A stretch of 64,000 nucleotides of DNA. Source: Meyerozyma guilliermondii (lineage: Eukaryota). This document shows positions 46,624 to 58,484 of the stretch, one piece after another. A model generated the notes under the pieces. The model saw only the letters and a list, made by a program, of their open reading frames with translations. It had not been told where the DNA came from and ran no database searches. The stretch is taken from the NCBI GenBank assembly GCA_051546255.1, contig CP128820.1, positions 682,001-746,000 on the forward strand, read 5' to 3'. The position numbers and the translations under genes are program-made. Numbering within the stretch: the first letter of the stretch is position 1; each line of letters opens with the position of its first letter.

Positions 46624-47082
46624 ATGAGCAAAATGTAAGTAAATCAAGGTTCTTACACCAGAATACTCACTAACACCAGACCCAGAAACTTCAAGTTGTT
46701 GGAGGAGTTGGAAAAAGGAGAAAAAGGTTTGGGTGCCGAATCCATCTCCTATGGTCTTTCCAACCAAGATGATATCACCATGACCAACTGGAACGGAACC
46801 ATTTTGGGGCCCCCACACTCCACCCACGAAAACCGGATCTACTCTTTGACAATTATATGTGACGAAAGTTATCCTGACAAACCACCAAGTGTTAAATTTA
46901 TTTCCAAAATCAACCTTCCATGTGTGGGTCCTCTGGGCCAGGTTTTGGTGGACCAGTTTGATACTTTGAAAAACTGGAAACGGTCGTACACGATGGAGAC
47001 GGTGCTCCTCGAGCTCCGGAAGTGCATGGCAGCACCTGCCAATAAGAAATTGCCGCAGCCCGCCGAGGGCTCTACTTACTGA
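46624..47082 (+). CDS. MMS2: Ubiquitin-conjugating enzyme variant; join(46624..46634,46680..47082)
   Basis: ATG AGC AAA AT|GTAAGT...CACTAAC..CAG|A CCC AGA gives MSKIPRNFKLLEELEKGEK. Also WNGTILGPPHSTHENRIYSL. Confidence 0.95.
46635..46679 (+). other. Spliceosomal intron (45 nt) of MMS2
   Basis: GTAAGT, branch CACTAAC at 46668-46674, CAG at 46677-46679. Confidence 0.92.
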
Positions 47083-47428
47083 GAAGAAGTGAGAAGGTAA
47101 GGATGGAGGAATGGATTGGGTCAGAGCTGAAGAATGGAGATCGAGGTGAAGTTGAAGAAACGGTGTGTGAGGTCAAGGATTGGAGGGTGTTGGAAATGAG
47201 AGTGGTATATGGAGACCATGATTGTGGAAGACAGTTCCATGATTTTGGTTTACGGAGAACCATGATTATAAGGTAGGTGTGATGAGGAAGGTGTCTGGTG
47301 AAGATTATTGTGGCTATGGACCAAGGCTATTATATAGATGGAAGCTGATGCAACACACTGCTGCTTGTGAATACTCTGCATTAATGTCAATACACCTATC
47401 GACAAACACTTCTTGCTTTTCTTTTGTG

Positions 47429-47830
47429 CTAGCTTTCGTTTGTTCTTTCCTCTCGCTCTAGATTCTCCATGTAACGTTGTAACTCTTTTTCCGCTTCCAT
47501 AAACTCCTCGATGTCTTTTCCGTATCGGCTCTGTTCGAGCAAATCTCGATTTGTGGTCTCGTCGGTGACCTCTATGTTTGTCCATTTGTTGTAGCGCACT
47601 TTCTTGCCGTCAACTGTCTCTACTACGGGCATCAAACACCTTTGAAAAAGTCGTTTAAATGGCAAACAAATGATCTTTGCTGGTGTCGAATTGTTAGGAG
47701 AAACCTTGAAAGTGCACTCATATTGAGTCAAGGATCGAAGCAGGCATTTGTGGTCCAAAGGGTCCTCGAGACATGTGGCATATTGGTGTCGTATTTCCTT
47801 ACCACTATACACGGGAGTTGGGGGCGCCAT
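47429..47830 (-). CDS. SOM1: Mitochondrial inner membrane peptidase accessory subunit
   Basis: MAPPTPV, C.LRSLTQYECTF and ICLPFKRLFQRC. Confidence 0.88.
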   Translation of the reverse strand: MAPPTPVYSGKEIRHQYATCLEDPLDHKCLLRSLTQYECTFKVSPNNSTPAKIICLPFKRLFQRCLMPVVETVDGKKVRYNKWTNIEVTDETTNRDLLEQSRYGKDIEEFMEAEKELQRYMENLEREERTNES

Positions 47831-47936
47831 GAGTATGTAGGATTGGTGAATTAATTTCACCAATTACCCACCCGTACACCAGTGTGGGGTCAAGCACCAA
47901 CTAAAAGATGGTTGCAATTTTTTTGGTGCAGCTCTC

Positions 47937-49637
47937 TCAGCACCTCACATTGATCCCCTTTCTCTTTTCTGACTCGCGGAGCTCAAACATCACCTGCGAG
48001 CCTACGAAAAGTGCACTCAGCGACAACACAAAAAATTCAAATCCAGAAACCGTGCTGAACATTTCTCGCAAAAGCGCTATAACTCCGTCTTTTCCAAGAC
48101 AAAACCCAAACAAATTGGCCAACATCATCATCCAGATATTGAAAACTGCTCCAAGGCCACACGCGTAGCGAAACCACCACTCGTTCTGGTAGGGTTTGAA
48201 GTACATTGTAGCACCTATTTCCGGCAACAAGAAGAGAACCACCATCCAGCCCCACATCAAGAGCTTTAGCTGAATATCGTGCCAAACAGCGACGAAGCTG
48301 AACACACACAAATTGGCAATAATACGGTATTTCCCTGAACCTCCCAAAGGAACGTAAATGTAGCGAACAACCCAACGGTTGTAAGACCGGTGCCAAGCTC
48401 TCCAGAAAGCCACCGCCGAGTAGTTGTTGTCCATACACCGAATCATGTTTTCTGGCGGATCGATACCGTCGAGCAAACTCCAGAACCGGAACAATCTCCA
48501 AGGAATCAATAGCTTCAACCAGATGATGTTCAAGTTGAACAACCCCAACATCGAGATTTGGAACGGAGTATCGCCATCCCACGCCTTTGTTTTCGAGACC
48601 GCCACAACGTACATAAAGTGCAAGAGGAATTCCATGACAAGAATGCAAAAAACCAATCTTGCAAAGTAGATGAGTGTGCGCTTATAGTCCTTAACGCTGG
48701 GAAGCTGGTAGTAGTTGGATTGGTAGATGTAGTCGTTGAAGGTGATGATGGGTCCAGCAATGAAGAGAGGGGTGTATGTGAGGTACGCAAAGTAGTTGAT
48801 GAGGTTGTAATCTGCCAAAGGAATGGGGGCAGTTAGGCGCAGTCGGTCGTCTAAAAACGACAAGATATTGGACGAAGCTTCTTCTTTCGAGTCGTCCTCC
48901 TTCTTGGGGCTTGCTGGCGGCGAGTACAATTTCTCCAAGTAGTCCAAATTGTAGGAGATCATTCTCAAGAGAGTGAAGTTGAAGAAGACGTCCCACCTGG
49001 AAATTATGCCTTTGAACCCGTCGTTCAAAAGAGAAGATCCGAGCGACAAATTGCGGTATCTGTCATTGATGAACAATGTCAGGATCCCGTAGATCCACGT
49101 AACGGCTACAGCAGCTTTTTTCGAGGGAATGTACCGGCCAATGGCATAATTGGTGAGAACATGGGCCACGATTCTCAAGCTGTTAAAACCGTGAGCAGCA
49201 AATAAAAACAAGATTCCAAACCCGAAATCAAACCACGTACGTTTCAGGATCCTCAAGAGGGGAGTGGCGAGTCTACGGACCAGACAATGCAATACAATCA
49301 AGCCACTCAAGAGGAAAAAATTGTCTCTGAAAAATCGGTACTGTTGATCGGAATTGTCTACTTTTCGCCCAAAGAGCCACCCCTGGCTCAAAAGATGCGC
49401 AAACCGTGGATAATTGGGGTTGGTCTCATTCGACGCGTCCATAGCCGTTTTATACATAAGTGGAACCACCACCACAAAAACCAAAATGTAAAATTTAAAT
49501 TCAAAAGTCGACCATCTCGATTTATGATTTACAGAGTTTATCACGGCCTGGCGCTTGGCAGCATTTGCTGGGGGAAAAAGCCGGGTGTCGAGGGTTTCCA
49601 AGGAGAAAAACTCGAGTACGTGGTTGAGTAACCCCAT
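47937..49637 (-). CDS. GUP1: MBOAT O-acyltransferase (GPI remodelling)
   Basis: [62 protein letters not shown]. Confidence 0.96.
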   Translation of the reverse strand: MGLLNHVLEFFSLETLDTRLFPPANAAKRQAVINSVNHKSRWSTFEFKFYILVFVVVVPLMYKTAMDASNETNPNYPRFAHLLSQGWLFGRKVDNSDQQYRFFRDNFFLLSGLIVLHCLVRRLATPLLRILKRTWFDFGFGILFLFAAHGFNSLRIVAHVLTNYAIGRYIPSKKAAVAVTWIYGILTLFINDRYRNLSLGSSLLNDGFKGIISRWDVFFNFTLLRMISYNLDYLEKLYSPPASPKKEDDSKEEASSNILSFLDDRLRLTAPIPLADYNLINYFAYLTYTPLFIAGPIITFNDYIYQSNYYQLPSVKDYKRTLIYFARLVFCILVMEFLLHFMYVVAVSKTKAWDGDTPFQISMLGLFNLNIIWLKLLIPWRLFRFWSLLDGIDPPENMIRCMDNNYSAVAFWRAWHRSYNRWVVRYIYVPLGGSGKYRIIANLCVFSFVAVWHDIQLKLLMWGWMVVLFLLPEIGATMYFKPYQNEWWFRYACGLGAVFNIWMMMLANLFGFCLGKDGVIALLREMFSTVSGFEFFVLSLSALFVGSQVMFELRESEKRKGINVRC

Positions 49638-50547
49638 AGTGGATGGGGAACGCGGCGCGAACAAGAAGTAGGGAGGTGTCTGGGTGGGAGGGGAGAGGAG
49701 CAAGGAAGAAATCTTGTGCGCAGGAATAAGCTCTGTCTGTTTCCTGCATGTGCGCGAACGGCTGGTAGCAACATGTGAAAATTCAGGCACCGAATATTTT
49801 GTAGAGTAAGATGGAGAAGATGGAGTAAGAGGCTGGTGAGCGGGCAATCAGATTACCGGATTGGTGCAGTTGCTGCAGTTGGTGCAATTTCAGAATGCAT
49901 GTACTAATCTACCCGATTCAGCTTCTTGGAATCTAATGTGTCGCTTTTAGTTACCAGTACATGATTCTATTTTGTCCTCTCATTTCAGCTCATTTCACAT
50001 AAATTTCATGCTCTTTAAGTGGCCGTTTGCTTTTAATGCATGATAATGCGGCCCTCCAATAACTCGTGCTTATGCGTTAGTCGCGCGTGCATGACAGTGC
50101 AGCAAGGCGTGCAGCATTGTTGCAAGTAGACCCATAATTTTTGGCCCCACTCCAACGTCACCACCAGTCGCCATACGACGGGGTCTGCTGTGTAGCCTCA
50201 TCGCATGCGCCTCGTGCATATCTCGAGATGACACATGCGAGTGTTCATGTGCCTTGCAGCCGTGAGCCGCCCAGCGGCGCACACGAGAAGGCAGATTTAC
50301 GCATTGGTCGGGGCACGAAGCGAGAAGAACAACATTAGCCAGCAGGTTCAAATATCATTATAAAAGAGAATCGACTGTGTTATCGGTTTACGCATCACGC
50401 AGACGCATCGCATCACGCAGACGCAAACGCCCCTCACCCCATTGTAGACGCACAGTCAAGCGCACCAAACCGGTAAAAATCCGCGACAAAAAGCGACATT
50501 TTTATCACAACGGATATATCTTTATTGTTTGGTGGTTTTTTTTTCTA

Positions 50548-53211
50548 ATGACCCTTGAAGACAAGTTGACACCTCCCAGTACGCCGCCGTCGGTAGATTC
50601 CACCGCGGCTAAGTCGCGTATAACGCCTCAGGTATCGGAGGCTTCTGGAAGTTACGAAAATGGCGATATTGACCTGATGGATATCGCCAAAAAAATGTAC
50701 CACGATCAGTTTGTGTCGATTCAACCAGAAGAATATACCCAGTTTCTCGCGGCAGCCGACGCGGAGTCGGAGAAGATCCGGGATTACTATATGGACCTTT
50801 TTACGTGGCATTCCAACCTTCTTACATCTACACGAATGTTGTGTGCCAAGCTTCATTTGAAAGGAGAATCGCAAGAAATCGACCGGATCTTGAGTTCATT
50901 CACCAAGTCGTACATCCGGCAACACCCATGCAACGTTTTTGCCACACAAAATTTCGAAAAAATCTACATTGTGTTGTACCTGATCATCCTCCTCAATACC
51001 GCGCTCCACAACCACGAGCTCGCCAACAAGTCGAAAATCTCCCAGACCGAGTATGTTCGCAACACGTTCCTGACGTTTGTTCAGCAGGACGCCCGCAACT
51101 CAAAGTCTTTGTCCATAAAACAAAGAATCGTGATTGAACGAGAGCTCTGTGAATTCTACGACGATTTGGTGCGCCATGAACTCCACCTCAAAGACTTGGA
51201 CCCGTCCCAGAACCTCTCTACCTCCCAGTTCCAGCCGCTCTCGCGCCAGCTCTCCGGGCTGTCCATTTGGCTGACAGATACCGGCCGGCGGTCGTCGTAT
51301 GCTGCAAAACGAATCTCCACCACCCCGCTGCTGGTTTCACATTACCCTTCGTCAACGTCGCTGCCGTCCAAATCTCGCGTAGGGTTCACCAGGGCTCTCG
51401 CTAGCGATCTGAAGGTGTATAGCCACCTGAACGGCTCCAGAGTGTCGGCAACCAGCGTTCGAAACAGAAACTCACTCGACCATTTGCGAACCAATAATTT
51501 GAATAATTTGTCCAATACCACTCCTCTTTCCATGAAGAGGTCTTCACGAGCCTCCATAATGTCCCGCGAGTCCACTGCTACCCTGCACGACGACACACTG
51601 GTGTTACTGATGGAATCTCACCTCAATCAGCTCGACCTCGACTCCGACGCTCCGGTGCAAAATGTCGACGAGTTCAACGTGGACGACTACCAGGACAGCT
51701 ACGACTTGACGTTGGAGTTGCAGGGGTCGCCGTACCTCAAAGAAGGGTTGTTGCGTTTGAAAATCATCAATAATGACCAGGTGGATTCCACTTCTTCAGA
51801 CGTCGAATCTTCCGCTGCCTCCACCATGTCTACCAGCGGCGCCTCCAGGTTCTTCTCCTTCTTCCGCAGCTCGCCGGCTGCTCCTCCGCCTGCGCAAACC
51901 GGAACACATTCGCTAATCAGCAAGTTTGTAGAGGACTTTGTGGTGGTGTCGAAAGGCGAACTTTCGTTGTACTCGTTTGACCCCAAGGTGATCAAGAAGC
52001 AGCAGCAGAAAGTGAAAAAGTTTCAGAAACGGTCGCTCATGGCTGGGCTTGAAAACACTCCGGAAAACGACGAGGTGGGAGATGGTAACTGGTTGAAAAA
52101 TGCTGCTTGTGTGGGCCAATATAATCTCTGTGATACCCATGCCCAATTGGAAAAATCGCTCTCCACTGGAAAAGTGATCTGGTCGTTGACTTTCCCCAAA
52201 ATTTCGAAAAAACCCGCCAAAAAATTCATCTTTGAAGCGGGAACCAAGGAAGTGGCTCTTGAGTTTATCAACTCGTGCAACTTTTGGGCCGCCAAGATCA
52301 CCGCCGTGCCCACGCTGGAAGAAAGTGTGTCGCTGATCGAGTACGGTTGGACCAACTTGGACCATTTAATTGCCAAAAAGGACCAGTTCAAACGGAGCAA
52401 AGATATCCACAAGTGGGAACCACTTCCCAAGGGCGTCTATTTGAGTTCGTATGTGGTGGACTCCAACGACAGCGCCAGCCATACCGGGATGATGAAGCAG
52501 TTTGTCAAGACTTTGGCGTACCACAATAGTCTCAAGCGATTGTACGCTGAGTTCAATCTGCAGAAAATCAAGTTTATGAAGAACATTAACTCTACCGGAA
52601 CAAACTATAACCGAGTGGTGGGCAACTTCGAAGCCAAGATTGCCGACTACAAGTTTGAAATGAAAAAATACAAGAGTTATCTCATCATCTTGGCATTTGG
52701 GTTGCAGCTTCGGTTTGATCTCGAAGACCAGGACCATGAAGAAGACGAACTTTTCAACGATTCCGATGTCAATTTAGAAGGGGAAACTGTGGCCCGGGAC
52801 CTGGAAGTGGTAGAGCTGGAACTCACCAAGCTTGTCAAGTTTGAGATTCGTCGTTTGTTCATGAACATGAAAGGAATCAGCCGCATTATTCCCACCTACC
52901 AGTCGCTGAGATCGATCACCGAGATGGCCGAGCTTGCAGGCAAGGACGGCAGCCGGTCTTTTCCGCTCGTCAAGTCGCCAAAAACCTTTACTCTTGCTAA
53001 TTACAACGACACTGAAAGTCCGGTGAATCAGCTACTAAATACCACTGGAAATTCAACCACGAATACCAACGAAAAGGACTTTGTACACAGCTACAGCACG
53101 AACACCATCAAGGAGGAGGAAGAGGAGACGGAAGACGACCACAAGCTGTCGATTGAAATGGTTAAAACGGCGGTTGTGGGCAAGCCGCAACTTGTAGAAT
53201 TAGGTGTATAG
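50548..53211 (+). CDS. YEL1: Sec7- and PH-domain Arf guanine nucleotide exchange factor
   Basis: Sec7 motif LKGESQEIDRIL...LLNTALHN and a split PH domain (YLKEGLL...FIFEAGT..EFINSCNFWAA). YEL1 versus SYT1 is not fully resolved. Confidence 0.7.
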   Translation: MTLEDKLTPPSTPPSVDSTAAKSRITPQVSEASGSYENGDIDLMDIAKKMYHDQFVSIQPEEYTQFLAAADAESEKIRDYYMDLFTWHSNLLTSTRMLCAKLHLKGESQEIDRILSSFTKSYIRQHPCNVFATQNFEKIYIVLYLIILLNTALHNHELANKSKISQTEYVRNTFLTFVQQDARNSKSLSIKQRIVIERELCEFYDDLVRHELHLKDLDPSQNLSTSQFQPLSRQLSGLSIWLTDTGRRSSYAAKRISTTPLLVSHYPSSTSLPSKSRVGFTRALASDLKVYSHLNGSRVSATSVRNRNSLDHLRTNNLNNLSNTTPLSMKRSSRASIMSRESTATLHDDTLVLLMESHLNQLDLDSDAPVQNVDEFNVDDYQDSYDLTLELQGSPYLKEGLLRLKIINNDQVDSTSSDVESSAASTMSTSGASRFFSFFRSSPAAPPPAQTGTHSLISKFVEDFVVVSKGELSLYSFDPKVIKKQQQKVKKFQKRSLMAGLENTPENDEVGDGNWLKNAACVGQYNLCDTHAQLEKSLSTGKVIWSLTFPKISKKPAKKFIFEAGTKEVALEFINSCNFWAAKITAVPTLEESVSLIEYGWTNLDHLIAKKDQFKRSKDIHKWEPLPKGVYLSSYVVDSNDSASHTGMMKQFVKTLAYHNSLKRLYAEFNLQKIKFMKNINSTGTNYNRVVGNFEAKIADYKFEMKKYKSYLIILAFGLQLRFDLEDQDHEEDELFNDSDVNLEGETVARDLEVVELELTKLVKFEIRRLFMNMKGISRIIPTYQSLRSITEMAELAGKDGSRSFPLVKSPKTFTLANYNDTESPVNQLLNTTGNSTTNTNEKDFVHSYSTNTIKEEEEETEDDHKLSIEMVKTAVVGKPQLVELGV

Positions 53212-53471
53212 AAGAAGAAGAGAAGAAATAGAAAAAGAGAAGAAGAAGTAGAAGTAGAGAAGAAGAAGCGGAAGCGGAAAAGTTAGAATTGAAAAAATAA
53301 TTCGCCTTGACTGTATCAGTGAGTCGCTCTCGCTTCTCACTTTAATTTCCTGCATATATATCCAGTGAGCACACTTCTCACTCTTCTCATTTTTCTTTAC
53401 TTGTTCTGTTCTCATTTTCCTTACCTAATTCTCCTGCACCAACAGTGAGTCGCTCGCGCTCCTCACTCTTC

Positions 53472-53479
53472 TTGCCACC
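53472..53479 (-). promoter_or_regulatory. Rpn4 PACE-like element (GGTGGCAA)
   Basis: TTGCCACC lies 3 bp upstream of the ATG of a proteasome subunit gene. Confidence 0.5.
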
Positions 53480-53482
53480 AAC

Positions 53483-54100
53483 ATGTCGGATCCCTTCTCC
53501 ATCAATGGAGGTGCTGCAGTAGCCATGGTGGGCAAAGACTGCATTGCCATAGCGTGTGACACCAGACTAGGAAGCCAGTCGCTTGGCTTGGCAAATAATT
53601 TCGAAAAAGTGTTCCAAATGGGAAAAACTACTTTTCTTGGTCTCACAGGTTTAGCTACAGATGTGATTACATTGCGTGAAGATTTCCGCCTCAAGAACAA
53701 TTTGTACAAGTTGAGGGAAGAACGAGAAATGGAACCCAAAACATTGGCCAATCTTGTCAGCACATCACTTTATGAACGTCGGTTTGGTCCATATTTCGTG
53801 TCGCCAATTGTGGCCGGTTTGGGTAAGGGAGGCCAGCCTTTTATATGTGGATTTGACCTGATTGGATGCATTGACTTTGCTAAGGATTTTATTGTTAGTG
53901 GTACTGCTTCGGACCAGTTGTATGGTACGTGTGAATCATTGTATGAACCCAACTTGGAGCCGGAAGATTTGTTTGAGACAATCAGTCAGGCTTTGTTGAA
54001 CGCAGTGGATCGTGATGCGTTGTCGGGATGGGGAGCTGTAGTGTATGTGGTGACCAAGGAAAAGGTGGTTCGCCGGGTGTTGAGAACAAGACAGGATTAG
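53483..54100 (+). CDS. PUP3: 20S proteasome beta-3 subunit
   Basis: NGGAAVAMVGKDCIAIACD, LYERRFGPYF, DLFETISQALLNAVDRDALSGWG; 205 aa. Confidence 0.97.
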   Translation: MSDPFSINGGAAVAMVGKDCIAIACDTRLGSQSLGLANNFEKVFQMGKTTFLGLTGLATDVITLREDFRLKNNLYKLREEREMEPKTLANLVSTSLYERRFGPYFVSPIVAGLGKGGQPFICGFDLIGCIDFAKDFIVSGTASDQLYGTCESLYEPNLEPEDLFETISQALLNAVDRDALSGWGAVVYVVTKEKVVRRVLRTRQD

Positions 54101-54305
54101 AACAGAGTGACCGCCAGAGGTGGTCACTCTGGAGGGCCATAGAGCTCGGAAAGATTTGGGTGTAAGCGGGTGGGTGACGGTACTCGGAAGCTGTCTGAAC
54201 ACGATATCCAACTCAAACAAATAGAGATGTCACTACCTTCTGTGTGTATATTTACGATTGCGTGGCACCTTCATACTATGTACATTTCTCTTCATTCAAC
54301 TCCAT

Positions 54306-54611
54306 TCAACTGCCGGTCTTTTTCGCAGCTTCTTGTTCAATCATCTTCTTCAAATAATTGTTTTTTCCATACATCTCCTCTTCCCGCTCACGACGACGCT
54401 TCTCGTACTCCTTCTGGCGCTCTCTACTTCTTTTGATCCGTTCGTTGGCATCGTTGAGCCTCGTATGATGAATACATTTGGCAAGCTCATCTTTTTCAAA
54501 GTTGCACAGTCCCAAAGCCTGTTTGAGAAACTCTTGCCGATGGCACTCCTCGAGTGCATCCATAAGCGACTCACAGGTGTCAAATCTAACCCGATCGAGC
54601 TGGGGGTGCAT
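54306..54611 (-). CDS. CMC2: Twin CX9C mitochondrial COX assembly protein
   Basis: MHPQL..RF..C(X9)C...GLC(X9)C. Confidence 0.9.
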   Translation of the reverse strand: MHPQLDRVRFDTCESLMDALEECHRQEFLKQALGLCNFEKDELAKCIHHTRLNDANERIKRSRERQKEYEKRRREREEEMYGKNNYLKKMIEQEAAKKTGS

Positions 54612-54865
54612 GATGATGCAGCGAAATCCGGTTGCCTCCAACTGTGTGCGCAGACTGCAACCGGAAATCATCTGGTGCACGGGTGTCTGGTGTCTGGGTG
54701 TGCCTTCCCGCCAGTCGGTTCTCTGCGCGGCCCAATGCGGAACCTGCCGAACCCAATTTGGTCGGCGCAACCACCATCTTTTTCCTGCACATCACTTAAT
54801 GTGCAGGGCGATAAGCCGAACGGCAAGACATAAATTGGCTCGTCATTCTTTTATCTCCCTTAACC

Positions 54866-56494
54866 ATGAAATTATCGATTGTCGGTTTATTGGCCGCGAT
54901 TTCGGTATCAGAGGCTGTTCATGTTCCCTTCTTTGACTCGGCAGCTGCGGCAGCTCGTCAACAAGTTAAATTGGGTTTTGACTTCGATCGGGTCACTGAA
55001 GGGTATCAGAACTTGATTGATAAAATCGACTCCAGTACTTCTTCAGTTGTGGAAACCATTGCCAAATACATGGAAGAGCCCGTGTCTGGCGTCACCAGCG
55101 ATACCAAGAAATTGTGGTCGGAAATGATGTTGCAATTTCCAGAGGCAGTTGCAAAGTTGAACTTCAAGTCGCTTCCCAAGAAGTCCACTCCTCAGCAATT
55201 CGACTTCCATGTCACGGATGCCAAGGTGCCCAACCACCGTTTGAGAGTGAAGTCGACTCCGGAAGATTTGGGCGTTGATACCGTGAAACAATACACTGGT
55301 TACTTGGACGTGGACGATGAAGATAAGCACTTTTTCTACTGGTTTTTCGAGTCACGCAATGACCCCAAAAACGACCCGGTTATCTTGTGGTTGAACGGTG
55401 GTCCAGGTTGCTCTTCTCTTACTGGATTGTTCTTCGAGTTGGGTTCTTCGTCTGTGGGTCCTGGCTTGAAACCAATCTACAACCCTCACTCTTGGAACAG
55501 CAATGCTTCGGTCATCTTCCTTGACCAGCCCGTCAATGTCGGCTACTCGTACTCGTCAGCTCTGGTCTCCGACACCATTGCTGCCGGTAAGGATGTGTAC
55601 GCATTCTTGGAATTGTTCTACAAACAATTCCCCGACTATTTGAACCTTCCCTTCCACATTGCTGGTGAGTCTTACGCCGGCCACTATATCCCTGCGTTTG
55701 CATCCGAGATCTTGTCGCACGAAGACCGTAGCTTCAACTTGACTTCGGTCTTGATTGGAAACGGCTTGACCGATCCTTTGACCCAATACGAATACTACGA
55801 GCCAATGGCTTGTGGACAGGGTGGCGAGCCTTCCGTGTTGGAACCAGAAGAGTGCGAGGCCATGTCCAATGCGGTGCCTAGATGTCAGAGCTTGATCCAA
55901 TCATGTTACGACTCTAGTTCCGTGTGGCTGTGTGTTCCCGCTACCATCTACTGTAACAACGCCGAAATGGGACCTTACCAACGTTCCGGTCGTAACGTGT
56001 ACGATATCCGGACCATGTGCGAGGGCGGCAACTTGTGCTACCCAGCTTTGGAGGATATTGAAAAGTACTTGAATTTGGATGAGGTGAAAAAAGCCGTGGG
56101 TGCCGAGGTCGACACCTATCAATCGTGCAACTTTGATGTCAACAGAAACTTCCAATTTGCTGGCGACTGGATGAAGCCACACTACAAGGCTGTGGTTGAC
56201 CTTTTGGAGGCAGACTTGCCGGTGTTGATCTACGCTGGTGACAAGGACTTTATTTGCAACTGGTTGGGTAACGAGGCATGGACTAAAAGATTAGAATGGT
56301 CCGGAAAGGACAAGTTCTCCTCTGCTCCAATGGAACCTTGGACTGTAGGAAAAAAGCAAGTTGGTGAGGTGAGAAACCACAAACACTTTACCTTCTTGCG
56401 TGTCTACGGAGGAGGTCACATGGTTCCATATGACCAGCCAGAGAGCTCGTTGGCCATGGTCAACGAATGGATCGGAGGAAACTACAAGTTCTAG
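54866..56494 (+). CDS. PRC1: Vacuolar carboxypeptidase Y
   Basis: Signal and propeptide, [34 protein letters not shown]. Confidence 0.97.
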   Translation: MKLSIVGLLAAISVSEAVHVPFFDSAAAAARQQVKLGFDFDRVTEGYQNLIDKIDSSTSSVVETIAKYMEEPVSGVTSDTKKLWSEMMLQFPEAVAKLNFKSLPKKSTPQQFDFHVTDAKVPNHRLRVKSTPEDLGVDTVKQYTGYLDVDDEDKHFFYWFFESRNDPKNDPVILWLNGGPGCSSLTGLFFELGSSSVGPGLKPIYNPHSWNSNASVIFLDQPVNVGYSYSSALVSDTIAAGKDVYAFLELFYKQFPDYLNLPFHIAGESYAGHYIPAFASEILSHEDRSFNLTSVLIGNGLTDPLTQYEYYEPMACGQGGEPSVLEPEECEAMSNAVPRCQSLIQSCYDSSSVWLCVPATIYCNNAEMGPYQRSGRNVYDIRTMCEGGNLCYPALEDIEKYLNLDEVKKAVGAEVDTYQSCNFDVNRNFQFAGDWMKPHYKAVVDLLEADLPVLIYAGDKDFICNWLGNEAWTKRLEWSGKDKFSSAPMEPWTVGKKQVGEVRNHKHFTFLRVYGGGHMVPYDQPESSLAMVNEWIGGNYKF

Positions 56495-56660
56495 TATGGT
56501 ATATCGTTTTATTGGATTTGATTAAAAGTAGTCGTAGCATCCGAACACCGGTTCCGGAACAGGCCCGATTAGGAAATTCGTCAACACCCGGTTGTTTCAT
56601 TCTTCTTCCTTGAAATCAGCAACTATACCATCTAGCACACATCAAAGCCTTTTACCGTCT

Positions 56661-58484
56661 ATGCAACTCGCGTTGGAGTTGGCGGTTTCCGTCTTTTCCA
56701 TAGCTACAGGCTGTCTTTCGGCAGTCTGCATGGCGCACCAAGTTACCGTGGGAACGTCCTTGACACTAGTTTCCAGTTTTATAATGGCATTGATCCAGGT
56801 TTTTCGAGCCCTAAGCACTAGCCGAGTATCTGCCGTGGTGTCTTTGATTGGGGGGATGTTTTATCTTGCATCTGGACTAGTATTTATACTCCTAGATTTG
56901 GTTGCAAACAAGTTTCAAACGACGCTAACATTCCCACTTGTTGTGGTATTTGCCGTCAACATAGTCACCTGGGGCATCTCTGTGCCTATTTGTGACAAGC
57001 TGCATCGTTCATTATCCCAAGATAGTGAAAAAATAATAGAATCAAACACCTCTGAGCCGGACTCAGACCACAACCTTCAAGTTGATGTGCCAGATATCAG
57101 CAAAAAAATCTCCGAGAAGACACTCGTGCACGGTCCTGGCTACTCTAATAACTCCAGTGAGTCGACATTTTCCCAGTTTCTGGCACATTATGTGAAAAGC
57201 GAACAGTTGGCGGAATTCGAAAAAAAAGTCAAGCGATCAAAGTCCACCCCAGCATTGTCAAAGTCTACTCCAGAATTAGGATACACCCCAGCATTACTCT
57301 CCAAACCCTCCAGACGAAGCAAGAAATCGATAGAAAACGAGAAGGTTTTTCTTCGATGCGTTTCCCAGTCGCTTCTTCCGTCGGTACTCAAACAAGGTGA
57401 GAGCCCAATCTTGATGGTTAAACGCCAGCAGATGAAACCAGACATTGATTCAGGTACCCATTCCGACCAAGCCTCAATAAACCTTCCTTATATTGACGAA
57501 TTTGAGGAAGATCATGTTCATTTTCCAGGTTTCGACCAAGCCGAGCTCACTTCTGAACAGGCTGAAAAATACATGAACGGATTGGCAATTCCTCAATCTA
57601 GATCACAGCCCGTATTGTGGAACCTGGAGACACGAAACGTCTCTGGTGGACAAGTCAATCATATCAGCCATGAGTCTTGGAATCCACAAGCATTCTTGGA
57701 ACATCGCAGTCGATCTGGTGGAAATTTAACTATTGGTGGTTCTCGTTACGTTGGGTCCAAGTTGCGAAATAATAGTAGTGCTACGCTTGCACTTGACGAT
57801 ACCGACGCTACGTTCTTGCTACCCAGTCATATCAGTATTATCGACAGTTTAAGTGATTTGTCGAGCGCCAGACCTACGCTGTACAGGTCCATGAGTGCTC
57901 CCTCTTTACACACCTTTCGCAATGTCAGTAACGGCAGTGAAGTTCCCTCAATCCCAGAAAACCCTACTGTTGCCAAGTTTGACTTTGGAACCGTAGATCT
58001 TGCAAGGGTATGTACACCCACAACTCCACAGGAAGCCACCTCAGAATCACCACTTCGTCGTTTTATCAAAGATAGTCCCAAACGAATCACCAGCGTTTTC
58101 AAGAAAAAGTCCATGGATTTAGGCACTTTGCCTTCCCACAAACATAGCACGTCGGTAATATCGCAACAGTATTCAATGGCTTCCAGTAAGTCGTCTCCCC
58201 GAAAGTCCATTAAGTCGTTATTCAGTGGAAATGCAGCAGGTATGCAAACCCACCGAACCCAAGGTTCCGTGCCCGTTTTCTCGCTCCCAGTACTGGTGGC
58301 TAGAAGTGCTGAGCCCATTGACTTCTGGGACGTGAGTACTGCTCCCAGTAGTGGAGGACCTTCTCGTGTGAGCTCTGTTCCCAGCGATGTCATTGGTGCT
58401 TACGACCGGGAAAAATGGAGAACGCTCAAGCTTCGAAACGACGATACAGGGATGCTGTATGGTATTGGAGTGGACAACTTTTAG
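56661..58484 (+). CDS. Uncharacterised protein: ~4 N-terminal TM segments and a long Ser/Pro-rich tail (possibly Irc8-like)
   Basis: 607-aa ORF. The first ~110 aa are hydrophobic, followed by a disordered region ending in SVPSDVIGAYDREKW. Confidence 0.75.
   Translation: MQLALELAVSVFSIATGCLSAVCMAHQVTVGTSLTLVSSFIMALIQVFRALSTSRVSAVVSLIGGMFYLASGLVFILLDLVANKFQTTLTFPLVVVFAVNIVTWGISVPICDKLHRSLSQDSEKIIESNTSEPDSDHNLQVDVPDISKKISEKTLVHGPGYSNNSSESTFSQFLAHYVKSEQLAEFEKKVKRSKSTPALSKSTPELGYTPALLSKPSRRSKKSIENEKVFLRCVSQSLLPSVLKQGESPILMVKRQQMKPDIDSGTHSDQASINLPYIDEFEEDHVHFPGFDQAELTSEQAEKYMNGLAIPQSRSQPVLWNLETRNVSGGQVNHISHESWNPQAFLEHRSRSGGNLTIGGSRYVGSKLRNNSSATLALDDTDATFLLPSHISIIDSLSDLSSARPTLYRSMSAPSLHTFRNVSNGSEVPSIPENPTVAKFDFGTVDLARVCTPTTPQEATSESPLRRFIKDSPKRITSVFKKKSMDLGTLPSHKHSTSVISQQYSMASSKSSPRKSIKSLFSGNAAGMQTHRTQGSVPVFSLPVLVARSAEPIDFWDVSTAPSSGGPSRVSSVPSDVIGAYDREKWRTLKLRNDDTGMLYGIGVDNF

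Noticed and set aside
47279..47348. Possible box C/D snoRNA (GTGATGA...CTGA) between MMS2 and SOM1
   Set aside because: The terminal stem is weak, there are no clear C'/D' boxes, and only about 9 nt of plausible rRNA complementarity. The TATATA inside looks like a poly(A) efficiency element. Snoscan or Infernal would settle it.
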